This document shows positions 1 to 12,846 of a stretch of DNA of 64,000 nt, piece by piece (position 1 is the first letter of the stretch; every line of letters begins with the position of its first letter). The position numbers were made by a program, and so were the translations under genes. The notes beneath the pieces were generated by a model. The model made no database searches. It had not been told where the DNA came from and saw only the letters and a list, made by a program, of their open reading frames with translations. Source of the DNA: Glaucostegus cemiculus (Eukaryota); NCBI GenBank assembly GCA_976551045.1, contig CDPCPM010000023.1, positions 2,666,001 to 2,730,000 on the forward strand, written 5' to 3'.

Positions 1-184
1 AGGGGTGCTGGTAGAGGCAGATACATTAGGGATATTTAAGAGGCTCTTAGATAGACACATGAATGATAGAGAAATGGAAGGGTATGTGGGAGGAAATGGT
101 TAGATTGATCTTAGAGTAGGTTAAAGGTCGGTACAACATTGTGGGCTGAAGGGCCTGTACTGTGTTGTAATGTTCTATGTTCTA
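1..184 (+). mobile_element. CR1-clade LINE 3' end
   Basis: ORF2 C-terminal remnant (GVLVEADTLGIFKRLLDRH), a gggctgaagggcctgt hairpin and a tgttcta-repeat tail. Same family as 40838-41250. Confidence 0.8.
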
Positions 185-1232
185 ATACTTTCTAGCTATA
201 CTATTACCAAACCAATAGTCCTTATCAATCCCAGTACCAGCATTATTAGTGATTTTCCTGAAGGTTGAAAAAATTGGATTAGTTTTATATCTCAGGAAAA
301 ATAAAATCTTTATCAGCATTATTTTTAAGCCTTATTGTCTGCATCAGTTCCTTCCCATTCCCACTGAGATCTGCAGAGATTCTTTCTAACCCCAAAAACT
401 ACTGTCATTATCAATTTCATCATTAACACTACAATTATTCATGAAACTCCTCAAACCCATCAAGCCTAACATCAGCAACTACTCCCAACATCCTGCCCAC
501 TCTACCACCAACATTAGTGACCAGCAGTTATTGGAGCCCATATGCTGTCATTACACACATCAGATGAACCCGAAGCCTGACAGTGACATCTCATCACTTT
601 TCTTATTTCATCATTTGCCACATCAGTGATCTCTCCCAGGCTGCCTCTATCACAGGTTGACAGAAAGATTAGTAACTGTTACTGACACAGACTCAGACAC
701 AGCCTGAATAAACTCTGAATGTTCTTTCAGTACCAGCTTTAATTATCAGTCCTGTCCTGGTATTTATTCCTGTAGGGAACTACTTTGGCACCTGGCACCC
801 CTCCTTGCCTTATTGCTACTAATATTTATGCGCTCTTACAGCTTAATGGCAGTCAGTTTTAATGTATCTCCCAGCATTCATCTGTAAAAGCATTGGCTGA
901 CCTCCCATCCCATTATCACTAATATTAGCATCTCTCAATCTCTGATAACCTCATCACTATCAGTACAAGATCTCATTACCATCCTCATGTGATTCTTCCC
1001 TATTCCACGTCACCATCAGTGTTCCTTCAAAGTCCTACTATAAATATCAGTGTTCTTTCCCAGTCACACCATAACAACTGCAACAATATCTTGCATTTAT
1101 TTAGCATCTCTAACATAAAATGTTATTAAACATAAAATTGTCAAAATTTGACACCTGGTGCTGAAAGCAATGCCAGGACCGATAATCAAAAACTCGGTCA
1201 GAGGTAGGTTGAATGAGCCTTTTAAGAAGTGT

Positions 1233-1330
1233 TGGGGGTGGGGGCAAGGGGAAATGGGGGGGGAGGGGGGAGAGATAGAGAGAGAGAGGGGGAGGGAGGG
1301 GGTGAGAGAGAGAGGGGGCGAGAGAGAGAA
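1233..1330 (+). repeat. G-rich / (GA)n polypurine tract
   Basis: Runs of G and GAGAGA. Confidence 0.85.
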
Positions 1331-2052
1331 ATAATTTTTACAGGGAGAATTTCCACTGGGGTAATTCATAAGTGCACACAAGGGAACAAGGGGAGAATTA
1401 GAGGAGCAAGGGGACTTAGCAGGTTTATAGAGCTGTAGAAAGGTGCATAGATGGTGCTGTTGGGGGAATCAAGTGTGTGGCTGGGGTGGGGAGGATGATG
1501 AGCCTTGTTGGAGTATTGCCCGTGTAGATCAGCAAGGTGTAGTGGACGAACAAAGGATGAATGGAGGGAGTCAGATATGGGCAGTACTACTTTGGATCAC
1601 TGCAGGCTTGTGAGAGTAGAAGATGGGAGGCTGACTAACGAAACCAATCCCAATTAAAAAGAGAGGGATGAGGAATTAAGGAGGAGATGAACTGTCAGGG
1701 GTGAAGTCAAATAATGCTTCACTGTTGGAAATAGGCAAGTTTAGTTATGGAGGAAAAATTCAGCTCTGTGTCAACTCAATATGAAGAATGAAGACAGTGT
1801 GGTTCAACTCCAGATGATCCTCTGGGGTAAGTATGGTGGACACGGAGTAGGTGCCCCTCGTCTACCCTGCCTTTCAATATGATCATAGTCGATTTGCCCT
1901 AGACCCCGTCATCTTTGTGTGCCAGTTCCCTCAATTCCCTGACCTTTCAAAACTTTATCTACCTCCTTTTAAATACCTCCAATAATCTAGCCTCCACAAT
2001 CCTCCAGAACAAAGAACTCCAGAAATTCACCACCCTCTGCAAGAAGAAATTT

Positions 2053-3305
2053 CGGAGAAACGAAGGACTGCAGACGCTGGAATTTAGATGAAAAACACGC
2101 AGATGCTGGAGGAACTCAACGGGCCAGGCAGCATCCGTGGAGAAAAGCAGGCGGTCAACATTTCAGGACCCTTCTTCAGAACTGAAGATAGGAAAAGGAG
2201 AAGCCCAATATATAAAAGGAAAAAGCAGAGCAGTGATAGGTGGACAAAAGAGGAGAGGCAGGGTGGGCACAAGGTGGCGATAGGTAGATGCAGGTAGTGA
2301 TAGGAAGGTGCTGGGGAGGAGGGGAGAGCAGATCCACCAGGGGATGGGTCAAAGGTAAGGAGAGAAATGAAATAAAAAGGGGAGAAGAAAGAGAGAGAGG
2401 CTAGGCAAGGGAAGAAGAGAAGAAGCATGGTTGGAGGGGTGGTTGTGGGGAAGGTGGGTGGGGATTACTTAAAGTGGGAGAATTCAATCTCCATGCCATT
2501 AGGCTGCAAGGTTCCAAGATGGAAAATGAGGTGCCGTTCCTCCAGTTTGCACTTGGAATTCTCCTGGCAGTGGAGAAGGCCGAGGACATCATACCAGTGA
2601 TAGTGTGGGAGGGGGAGTTGAAGTGACTGGCAATGGGGAGATGCAGATCGCGGTTACGGACAGAGCACAGCTGTTCTGCAAAATGGTCATCTAGTCTGCA
2701 TTTGGTCTCACCAATGTAGAGGAAGCATGCTTAGAGCACTGAATGCAGTAGGTGATATTAAGGGAGGTGCAGGTAAATTTCTGTCTCACCTGAAAGGACT
2801 GTTTGGGTCCCTGGATGGAGGTGGTGTAGGGGCAGGTGTTGCACTGACGACAGAGGCAGTGGAAAGTTCCTGGGGTGGGAGCAGGATGGGTGGGTGGGGG
2901 AGGGGAGGAGTGAACTAGGGAGTTGTGGAGAGCACAGCCCCTACGAAAGGCAGAAAGGGGTGAGAAGGGGAAGATATGCTTGGTGGTGGGGTCCCATTGG
3001 AAATGGTGGAAGTGACGGAGAATGATGTGTTGGATACGCAGGCTGGAGGGATGAAATGTGAGGACAAGGGGCACCCTATCCCTGTTGGGTCTGGAAGGGA
3101 TGGGGTGGGACCAGAGGTGCAGAAAATGGCAGAGATATGGGTGCACGCTCCCTCAACCATAGTCAGGGGGAAGCCCCAGTTAGAAAAGAAGTTGGACATC
3201 TCGGATGTCTTGGAGTGGAAAGCCTCATCATGAGAGTAGATGTGGCAGAGGAGGAGAAATTGAGGAAAAGGGATTACATCCTTGCCAGAGGCTGGGTGGG
3301 AGGAG
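2053..3305 (-). mobile_element. Penelope-like retroelement fragment (RT C-terminus plus GIY-YIG endonuclease, frameshifted)
   Basis: Minus-strand ORFs give DVIPFPQFL...FHSKTSEMSNFFSNWGFP, RVPLVLTFHP, the Cys-rich C-x-C-xx-CNTC linker and FTCTSLNITYCIQCSK, followed by YIGETK in another frame. The ctgcagacgctggaat...gctggaggaactca terminal segment recurs as short copies elsewhere (about 9780, 42000, 47385, 49770). Confidence 0.8.
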
Positions 3306-4520
3306 CTGAAGAAGTTCCTATGCACTACAGTTTTAAATCACTGCCCTGTTATTTTGTGACCATGTCCTCTCGTTTGAGTCTCTCCCACTTGAGGAAACAT
3401 CTCAATATCTACCCTTTCATGGTCCCTTATGATCTTACATGCTTCCAGGACCTTCCTTCATTTTACAAACCTTAAATCTGAAGTTAAATCTAACTTAGAA
3501 ACAATGGCTTTAGTCTCCTTAATTAGTTATAGGAAATTGTAGTTCATCCAACCAACATTGTATGTGAGGTAAACTGTGACAAACCTGAAGAATGTTTCAT
3601 AGAATTATTGAGCTCAGTGTTGTCAACATACAAGTGGAACCTTAAGCCAAATGTTATGCCAAAGAATACCCTGCAGATGAGAAATGGAAGTTGGGCCTAG
3701 GAGGCTCTGGGGGTTACTCCAGCATTTGGAAGAAAAATCATTGCAGGTGATATATTGATTATGGGTAGGATAAATAACAGAACCAAGCAGGAGTAGCTCC
3801 ACCCTTGGAGGAGGACAGTGTGGTATATTTTGTTGAAGGCTGCAGATAGTGAAGAAAGTTAGCCAATCACAGTTGAGGTTCCAAAGAACATCATTGCGAC
3901 TCTGATGAGGGCTATTTCACTCATGCGATGAGGCAGGAGACAAGACAGAAGGGACTCAGTTTTACAGTTGAGGATAAAATGGACATGGATTCAGAAAGCT
4001 TTAAGGATAGGAAAATAAGGTTGGAGGTGGTGAAGCAATTTGCAAGGGGGAGGGGGATTTCCACATGAGAGAGATGATAATGGATTTGAAAGGAAGGCGA
4101 ACTGTAAGCAAGAAGAGGGCGCCATTATCAAAATCAGTTAATAGTGAGGCCAGGAATAGAAGTAGGATGGTCAACCTCATGAGTGAAAAGAGGTAGATCT
4201 CATGGGGCAACATGAGCTTGTTACAGGGCAAAGCAAAAGATGGATGGGATCAAGGGAAGCATGTAATAACAGGACCAGGAGAGGATGAAAGATTTGGGAA
4301 AGCATGGTCCAGTGGACAGGAAAGAGAAAGGAAAACAGAAAGGCAGCTGTTTGGCTGGTCTTGATCTTTCAGTCACATGATACACTGAATGCAGTAGGTG
4401 ATATACGCATAAGCTCTTCATGTTGTAGGAAGTGACAATGTAGCTTCAGTGATGTAGAGAAACAAATAAAGTTTAATCCAGCCAAATCTGGCAATGTTTG
4501 GTTTAAAACAGTTTATCATG

Positions 4521-4665
4521 GGGTAGCACAGTGGAGCAGCCAGTAGTTGTTGCCTCATAATTCCAGTGATCAGAGTTTAGTCCTGACCTCCAGTGCTGTC
4601 TGTGTGGAGTTTGCATGTTCTCCCTGTGACTACATGGGTTTCTCTTCTGTGCTCCAGTTTCCCCC
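4521..4665 (+). mobile_element. tRNA-derived V-SINE (HE1-like) 5' fragment
   Basis: A-box-like start and core ctgtgtggagtttgcatgttctccctgtgact..tgggtttc. Confidence 0.7.
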
Positions 4666-4829
4666 CTGTTTTCTGGGTGCTATTTTGATGACTCACCATG
4701 TGCTGATCCCACCTGTAGCGTGATTTGGACATCACAGAAACTGTCCTTCAGCTGTTGGCTGGGAGTGTCAAATTCAGTGACAGTATTTCCTCCTCTTCAT
4801 TTTCTTGTAGTAAACTGAGATATACAGGT

Positions 4830-5120
4830 TGGTATAGATTTATGGTGAGAGGGAGGAAGTTTAAAGGAGATCTGAGGGGTAAATTTTAAATTTTCACACA
4901 AAGAGTAGGTGGTATCTGGAATGAGCTGCCAGAGATGTGGTGGAGGTAAAAACATTAACAGCATTTAAGAGGCATTGCGCTAGATACATAAATGAGTAGG
5001 ACATGGCGGAACGTGGAATTAATGTCAGCAAATGGGATTAGTATGGACAAGTGTGATTGTTGGCAATAGATGTGATGTGCAGATGGGCCTGTTTCTATGC
5101 TGTACAACTCTATGACTCTA
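4830..5120 (+). mobile_element. CR1 LINE 3' fragment
   Basis: tggaatgagctgccagag...gggcctgtttctatgctgta plus an (actctatg) tail. Confidence 0.7.
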
Positions 5121-5869
5121 TAACTGGAAATAGCAAAAATAGTCAAATGAATGAAAGTATTAGAGAGAGTGGCACACCCGCAACAAATAGTTAGTCAGAA
5201 ACTGAAGAGTTGAGAATTGGAAAGTGTGGTGGCGAAGGATTTGTGAGCGCGTTTTTCAAGAAGTAGAAATGAAAAGAAGTGAGGTTGGAGAAGGAAAGAG
5301 AAAATGGATGAAGAATGCAACAAGAAGTAATCTGAGATCACCTTATCAGTGACTGTTACAATGGGGTTTGAAAGATTTCTTGAACAGGCAAGATTGGGGA
5401 CAAGGCTGTGAGGAGAGGAGTGAATGAGTTTATAAGTATGAAGAGATTTAGGGAGGAAAGGAGGTGGATGAACTCAGAGGATAGAGAACAAGCGGAGTTG
5501 AGAAGAAGGATGAGCTCCTCAGTACAGAAGATGAAGGTTGGAAGCAGAAAAGAAATCTTACTGAGAAACCTGCTGTAATATTTAAACCAATGATAAAGAA
5601 CACAAGGTGTAAAATTCTGCTGCATAGTACCTGTTTCCTGAGTGTTATTTTGATGACTCACCATGTGCTGATCCCATCTCTAATGTGATTTGGACATCAC
5701 GTAAAGTGTCCTTCAGCTGTTGGCTGAGAGTGACGAATTTAGTTCTTCATCTTGACTTGCTTGTGGATGACCCACTGCCCGGCCAGACTGCCTTCTTGGA
5801 TTTCTGAAAGGAGTGTAGGAAGGAAATGGCAGTTATGTTAAATCAATTTTTTTTGCATCAGTCTTTACC

Positions 5870-7490
5870 ATAAAGGACACTACAAATCTTGTTAAGATAC
5901 AGATGGGCTAATTTCAAATAAGTTGTAAAAATCCCAATCACTACAGATAAAGTATTGGAGAAAGTCATAGGGCTAAGGGTAGGCAAATCTCTGGGACCCA
6001 ATAGGTCCAATAGACCCAATGCACTCAAGGGACTTAAAGGAGGTGGCTGTGGAGGTGATGGACCCATTGGTTGAATTTTTTCAAAACTCACTAAATTCCC
6101 AGAGGGTACCAGAAGATTGGAAAACAATCAATGTGATTCCTTTTTCAAAAAAGGAAGAAGACAGAAGGTGGGGAATTATAGCCCAGTTAGTTTAACATCT
6201 TTTATTGGTAAGATGCTAGAGATAATAATCAAAGAGGGGAAAACTAATCATTTAGGAAAGCTGAATATAAACCTAGTCAATGTGGTTTTATGAAAGTAAA
6301 TTAGGTTTTACAAATTTGCTCAAATACTTTGAGGATACAGCAGTGAGAGTTGATAGAGGGGAACCTGTAGATGTGGTTTATTTAGATTTCCAAAAGGCAT
6401 TTGACAAAGTGTCACGTAAGAGGCTGGTACATGAATAAAGAGCCCTAGGTATTGAAGGAAGTGTGTTAGCATGCATTGAAAACTGGCTGTCACATAAAAA
6501 CTGAGAGAATAAATGGGTCCTTTTCAGGCCAGAGGGAGGTAACTAGTGGAATATCTCAGAGGCTGATTCTTGGCACTCAATTGTTTACTATTTACACTAA
6601 TGATCTGGGGGAGGGAACAAAATGTAAGATTTCCAAATTTGCTGATGATTCGAAAGTAGCTGGAAGGGCATGTTGTGATCAGGACATTGTGATTCAGCAA
6701 TTGGATATAGATAAATTGAGTGATTAGGTGAAAACCTTGAAAATAGAGTTTAATGCGGGGAGGTGTGAGGTCATGCATTTGGTAAAAATCAAAAAGTGAA
6801 TTATTACCTAAAAGGGTAGAGACTGAAAATGAGCAAAGTTCAGAAGGATCTAAGTGTTTAGTGCATGAATCACCAACAGTCGGCAGCTGGTCCAATAAGT
6901 AATTAACAAGGCAAACAGCTTATTGGACTTTATAGTGACAGGGTTGGATTTAAGAACAGAGAGGTTTTGTTACCTTTGTACAGAGTGTGGTAAGGCCACA
7001 CCGGAAATACTGTTCGCAGTTTTGGTCTCCTTATCTAAAGAAAGATATAGTAGCACTGGGGACAGAGATTCACTGGACTAACTCCTGAAATAAGAGAGTT
7101 ATCTTATCAAGAGATTCTAGACAGTTTGTATTCCTTGGAATTTGGAAGAATGAGGGGGGATCTTCTTCAAATATATAAGATCTGTAAAGCCCCCTTTAAG
7201 GGGCTTTACAAGGTAGATGTTGAGATGTTTTTACTTGCGAGACAGTCATGAACAAGGGGACATACTACCATTTAGGGGTGGGTCACTTAAAACTCAGGTG
7301 TGTAGAAACTTCTTCTCTCAGAGGTCAGTAGATCTCTGGAATTCTTTGCCCCTGAGGGTGGTGGAAGCCAGAACATTAGAAATATTTTAGATGGGGAGAA
7401 CTAAATATTTGAAAGACGAAGGAATTGAGGTTTTTGGGGAACTGGCACAGAAGAGGAATTGAGGTCAGCATAGATCAGCCATGATCATTT
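5870..7490 (+). mobile_element. 5'-truncated, degenerate CR1 LINE ORF2 (reverse transcriptase)
   Basis: Motifs NYSPVSLTS, YLDFQKAFDKVS, SGISQRLILGTQLFTIYTNDL and KISKFADDSK, with many stops and frameshifts. Confidence 0.9.
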
Positions 7491-7759
7491 TCTTGTGTTC
7501 TTATGAATGCACATGGTAGGGTTACAGTGAGAGGAAGTGAGTGGGAAAATAAAAAGTCAGGCTTACACATTCCACAGGTTGCAGGATCAGGGGTAAGAGG
7601 GATGCAAGGAGGAGGATTCAGCATGAACATAAAAATAATTTTAGCCTCATTGCTGGCCTTGGGCAGGAAAGATCTTGAAATAACATTGAGGGTGCTATTA
7701 AGATTTATGTTCCAATCTAAGCCTTAATTATTATAAAATAGAATTATGTATGATTTGAT

Positions 7760-8330
7760 ATGACATTACCATTGACCAGAAACTCAGACTCAAATTATGT
7801 GACTACAAGAGGAGGTCAGAATCTGGGTATCCTGCATTGAGTGACTCGCCTCTTGATACCCCATAGTCTTTCCACCATCTACAAGAGACAACTCAGGAAT
7901 GTGATGGAATACTTTCCACTTCCAGGGATAATTGCAACTCCAACAACACTCTTGAAGCTCAACACCATCCAGGACAAAGCTGTCAACATTCATTACTCCA
8001 CAAGTTGTGCACAGTGGCTGAAGCATCTAGAAAATAGACTGCAGTTACTTGCCTAAGCTAGTGCAACAGCACCTCTGAAAATTCCCAACCTTTCTCACCT
8101 AATGGGACTGGTGCAGAAGGCACATGGGGGCAATGCCACTTGTAGGATCTTCTCCAAGTCACTCATTCTTCTGACTTTAAAATATATCATGTTCCATCAC
8201 TGCTGAAATGTCATACCCAAAAGTATTGAAGGTGTAACTTCACAAGATGACTGAACCAACTCAAGAAAATGATTCACTACCACCTTCTGTGAGGCAGTTA
8301 CAGATGCACAATAAATGCTGGCCTTTCCAA
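7760..8330 (+). mobile_element. Old CR1-like LINE 3' fragment (same family as 24430-26620 and 42490-43040)
   Basis: LSTIYKRQLRNVMEYFPL...TPTTLLKLNTIQDKA and a 3' aataaatgctggcc motif. Confidence 0.65.
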
Positions 8331-11300
8331 TATAATCATATTTGCACAATGAATAGGTTTAAAAAAAGATTTTACCCAATCCTTAGATGGCAGCATTAGG
8401 AGATCAGAATATCAATAACATAAATAATCTCACCCATGATTCTGTTTTACTACCATCACACTCACTATTAGCATCTATATCCTCTCGCAATAAATATTAC
8501 TGGAAGTAGCCCAATCTTTCCTGCAAATATTGCACAGTGGAGAGTACGAATAAATGGGACATTTTCAAAGACAGAGAGGTAGACTACAGTTATCCATGCT
8601 TGGGCTTCGATTGTTTGCAATCTATAGCAACAACATGGATGAGGGAACCAAATGCAATCTGTCTAAATTCACAGACAAAACTAAGATAGAATGGAAAGTA
8701 AACTATTTGGAGGAAAAGTAGAATATTTCTTAAAAGGTGAGACATTAGAAATATTAATATATTCAGAGGGGCTTGGGCGTCCTTGTACATGAATTGCAAA
8801 ATGTTAGCGCACATATGTGGCAAATGAATAGGAAAACAAAGCCTAAAATTGTCTTTACTAAAAAGGTGTTGGAGTATGAGTAAAGGGAATAAATTTAATC
8901 ATCTGTCATGTGCACTAATTGCATGATAAAGTAATGTATGTTTGTTGGGCTCTGCTTTTGAAATTCAGTTCCAATTCACTTGAAAGTTTCAGGACATTTT
9001 ACACAATGTGCATTTAGCATTTGTGGTCACAGGCATATTTACAGCCCTTTATCTTACTGCATTTATATAGGTCTTGGTGAGACTGTGCTTGGAGTAAAGT
9101 AGTACAGTTCACATAAGGGAGGAATATTTGAGTAAAATGAAGTGCAATGGAGATTCACTAGTTTTGGATGTAGGGGTGGTCACAAGAGAAATGATTGAAT
9201 AGATTAAATGTGCACTCCTTGACTGTGATATTGATCCTGGAATAGAATATTGAGGCTAGAAGGCTGTAACCTGCCCAGTCAGAAGATAAGGTGATGTTCC
9301 TCAAAACTTAATTGGGTCTCATAACAGTGCAGGAGACCACAGATGGATAGTTCAGAGTGGGAATGGAATGGAGGACTAAAGTGGCAGGCAACAGAAACTC
9401 AAGGTCACTTCTGTAGACTGATCATGGATGGTCTGTAAAGGGACTATCTCAGTATTGAACTATCTAATTCTAGACAACTTGCTCTTTCCTTTTGTCTGCT
9501 TCAGAACTGGCCATTTCTGCCTTTGCTTAGTTTTTCTCTCTCCATGAGTATAGCTTGGACCTACTGGGCATATTCCACAGCCCTGTTATTAGCAAGACAT
9601 GACACAGCAATGAAGCATAACCTGTTTCAAACAACTTTATTAAACCCTTTGGTTTCACCCTATCAGAGATATTCCCTTTGTTCTACCCATCCTTTCCCCA
9701 TCTGCTCTCCTACTGAAAACAAACATATTTTCTCTCTTTCCCAGTGCTGACAAAGGGCTTTAACCTGAAACATTAACTCTGATTCTCTCTCCACAGATGC
9801 TGCTTGACCAGCTGAGTATTTCCAGCAATTTTTGTTTTACATGCTCTCCAATGTCCTGAGACACATTCATACCCTGCAAAGCCATGTTCATTAATCTCAC
9901 AACCAGTTCTTTTCTCCCTCACAAAACTCAAAGCAGTCACATACAGGTTACTATTCAAGCAAAAAAAACAAAGAACATTGCCAGATCTGCCCCATAAAAA
10001 GTAGACAGGGCTCTAAAAAACCATTAGAAAACAATCAATGATCAGCCACATCATTTCCAGCTATAATGAAAAGAAATCCCACAACAAAATTTAAAACTAA
10101 ATGAAATCATTTACTCGTGTACAGTAAAACTCCATTAATCTGGCACCTATCTGTCCAAAACTCCTGATGGTCTGGAAATTGGTTTACTCATTAGTCTGGA
10201 ATGTGAACTGGGGATCCAAATTGCAAAAGTGGGGGTGTCCAACCAGTACTGAAGATGGACTGTAGCTTGGGCCATGGTTTGGATTATCAGCCGTGTGTGT
10301 GGCTGGAGCTGGGATTGGATCCAGAACACCATAGGTCCGGAACGTGGGTGGGTCTGCAGCCAGAGCCAGAGTCCAGTGTACTTGTGTATTTCCCACTCCT
10401 TTTAAACTTATTAGCTTCACTAGGAAATGTATTATACAACTTTTATCCTAGCTTTGCCTTCCGTCAAACACTGTCAGAAAAATTCCAGGGGCTGGACTTC
10501 TGCAACATGAGACCTGTTTGCTCTTTGGTTCTTACTACCCTCAATTCAGATAGTGAACTCCAGATGCTGATTAGATTTTACATTGTGTATTGGAAAGTTC
10601 ATATATGTGCAGGGGTTTGGAGACCCTGACTGATGGGTCCAGATGGCAGGCCTGATCCAACAACATCTGGCCCATTGTGTAATTTGGAAACAAGACATAG
10701 AGAACAAGTATACAATGTGCACGTAACAGATAAACCACCATGTACAACTGACAATACATAATGAACAAAATTGAATTAGAAAATGGAACATCTGTGTCAA
10801 TATAGAATACACATGCGGCCCACAAAATAGGTATATAAAATTCACCATACAGAATATGTCAATGCAATTACATTTTACTTACATTAGAACAAAATTATTT
10901 CATTGAGTGAAAGGACTACTAAATGTCCTGAAGGCTCAAACCATCTTTGTTGTAGTTTTATTTTCCACTATTTGATACAGTGGAGTGAGGTGCTGTCAAA
11001 GGACCATGGTGAATCTTTTAAGTTGTGGATGATGTAGCACAGTACACAGATAATTCATGAAAGGTGACGGGAATACCATTCAGACAGGTTGATCTGCCCT
11101 GGATGGCATTGTATTCTATGAGTGGTGGTACATCTCTGCATCCTCAGGCAATGAGAATGTTCCATCACATTCCTGAACTAAGTCTTGTAGATGCAAGGTG
11201 GCAGTCAAAGGTCAGAGTGTAAGTTATTGAGCAGTGATAACTCAGCCTCTGATGTCCCTTTGGAGCCTGGCTGCTATTACAGACAGATCATGAAATCATC

Positions 11301-12074
11301 AACATATAGGTCTTCTGTTGCCCTTAGAAGTGAGGAAAGACCATCAATGATATCATTTGGGAAAGGCGAACTGTGCTACTTCTGTGATCAACTATACTAA
11401 GGTACAACACCATGAGCGTAACAAGAAATGCACTTACCAACATATTCAGAGTCTGTATATAAAGAAAAGAAAAAAGCTCTGACCCCTTGCACTAATGTAA
11501 AAGGAGTCTACTATACTATCTTAATATCCTAGAGAAATTCAAAAGAGAATACTCTCACACCACAAAGCACGTACAAAACAAAATGTTCATTGAATTCCTT
11601 AAGCATGACATAATTCAGTGCACAAGGTACAAAACATGCAGCAAAGAGCAACAGCTCCTCAAAGAAAAAGCTATTCCTGCACTGTGTATGATACAAACTA
11701 ACACGTCCTTGCCAAGTGTTAATGATAGTAAAATCTATCTTGTATTTCTGATGACATTCAGAAACTAAAATGACTTTTCTTTTGCAGGATTACATATCAT
11801 CTGAATCCCTTGATACTACCCAGTAATCCATTCCCAGACAGTTATTAATACAGTTTGGTGTGACACTGAAATTGATATACTACAACAGTAACTGTAACGA
11901 CCTCTGAAATATAGAGTCTGTGTGATTGACACTGTGGTCAGTATAGCAGAAGTATCTGTTGGCGTGCTCAGGAGTCCCCTGGGAAACTGGCCCTCAGCTC
12001 TATTCAGCAGTAAAATTTAATCATCTCTGTCAAAAAGCATAAAGGCCGCGTGTGTGTTATTCGCCTGTTCTGTA

Positions 12075-12240
12075 AATGCACATACAAACATATGTCTATG
12101 CATGTGTATATGTGCATGCATTGGCATGTGTGTATGTGTCTATATTTTGTGTAAGTCTATGTATCTGTGTGAGGGAATGCATTTGTGAGGACCAATGTGA
12201 ACATTTGTATATATACCCGTATGCAAGTATGTTTTGTGTC
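12075..12240 (+). repeat. Degenerate (TG/TA)n low-complexity tract upstream of the promoter; (GT)n plus a poly-G run at 12498-12525
   Basis: Direct reading. Confidence 0.75.
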
Positions 12241-12818
12241 AATCGTTGGGTTGTCAAATCGCCAGTCTTTCCTTCAGCCTAAAATCCGCTACCTTTTTAC
12301 AATATTAAGCTTGGCCTCAAAAATGCCCTGGATTGGAACAGCAAAGCATCCCTATTTATGAGCAGTATTGTGTTTTTTTTAGTTGGGAGTGCACCTGGAT
12401 GTCGGTACGTTTCATGAAACAACCTTCTGACAGCTGTCACGGTTTCTAGGACGGCGCACGGTGCCTGAAGGAGGCGGTGATGGTGTTTGGGGTGGTAGTG
12501 TGTGTGTGTGGGGGGGGGGGGGGGGTGATGGTGGCGAGAACCTGAATTCACGGCTGCGCAGCGTTGCTGCCAGCGGAGAGCAGTGAGCTCCTCCTTCCAA
12601 TGCGTTGTCTTTTCTTCCTCTCGCTCGCCTCCTTCCAGCAGCGCCGGCCTCCACCGAGCCAAACAATGTAAATGCAACACCTGATCGATCAATACCGAAG
12701 CTGTGTGATCCGTTTGCGCTGGAGAGGTGGTGGTTAAACCTGAGCCCGGGGAGAAGAAGAAAGGTCGGCGTTGGGGGGAAGGAAAGAGGCGGGGAGAAGG
12801 CGGAGGGGCGGCGGACGG

Positions 12819-12845
12819 ATGCCTGGCCGCTGTCCGCGGTGCTGA
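12819..12845 (+). other. 8-codon uORF (MPGRCPRC*) whose TGA directly abuts the upstream KCNC1 ATG
   Basis: ATG CCT GGC CGC TGT CCG CGG TGC TGA|ATG. Translation is unproven. Confidence 0.55.
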
Positions 12846-12846
12846 A
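12826..12846 (-). promoter_or_regulatory. RE1/NRSE (REST binding site)
   Basis: The minus strand reads TTCAGCACCGCGGACAGCGGC, 19/21 to the consensus TTCAGCACCACGGACAGCGCC, with both half-sites and the 2-nt spacer intact. Confidence 0.9.

Noticed and set aside
5870-7490. Functional reverse transcriptase gene (also 36830-39130 and 2053-3305)
   Set aside because: Multiple stops, frameshifts and truncation show these are dead retroelement copies.
10120-10500. 124-aa ORF and a possible Tigger-like MITE end (tacagtaaaactcc)
   Set aside because: The ORF has no recognisable homology, and I could not find a matching second terminal repeat.
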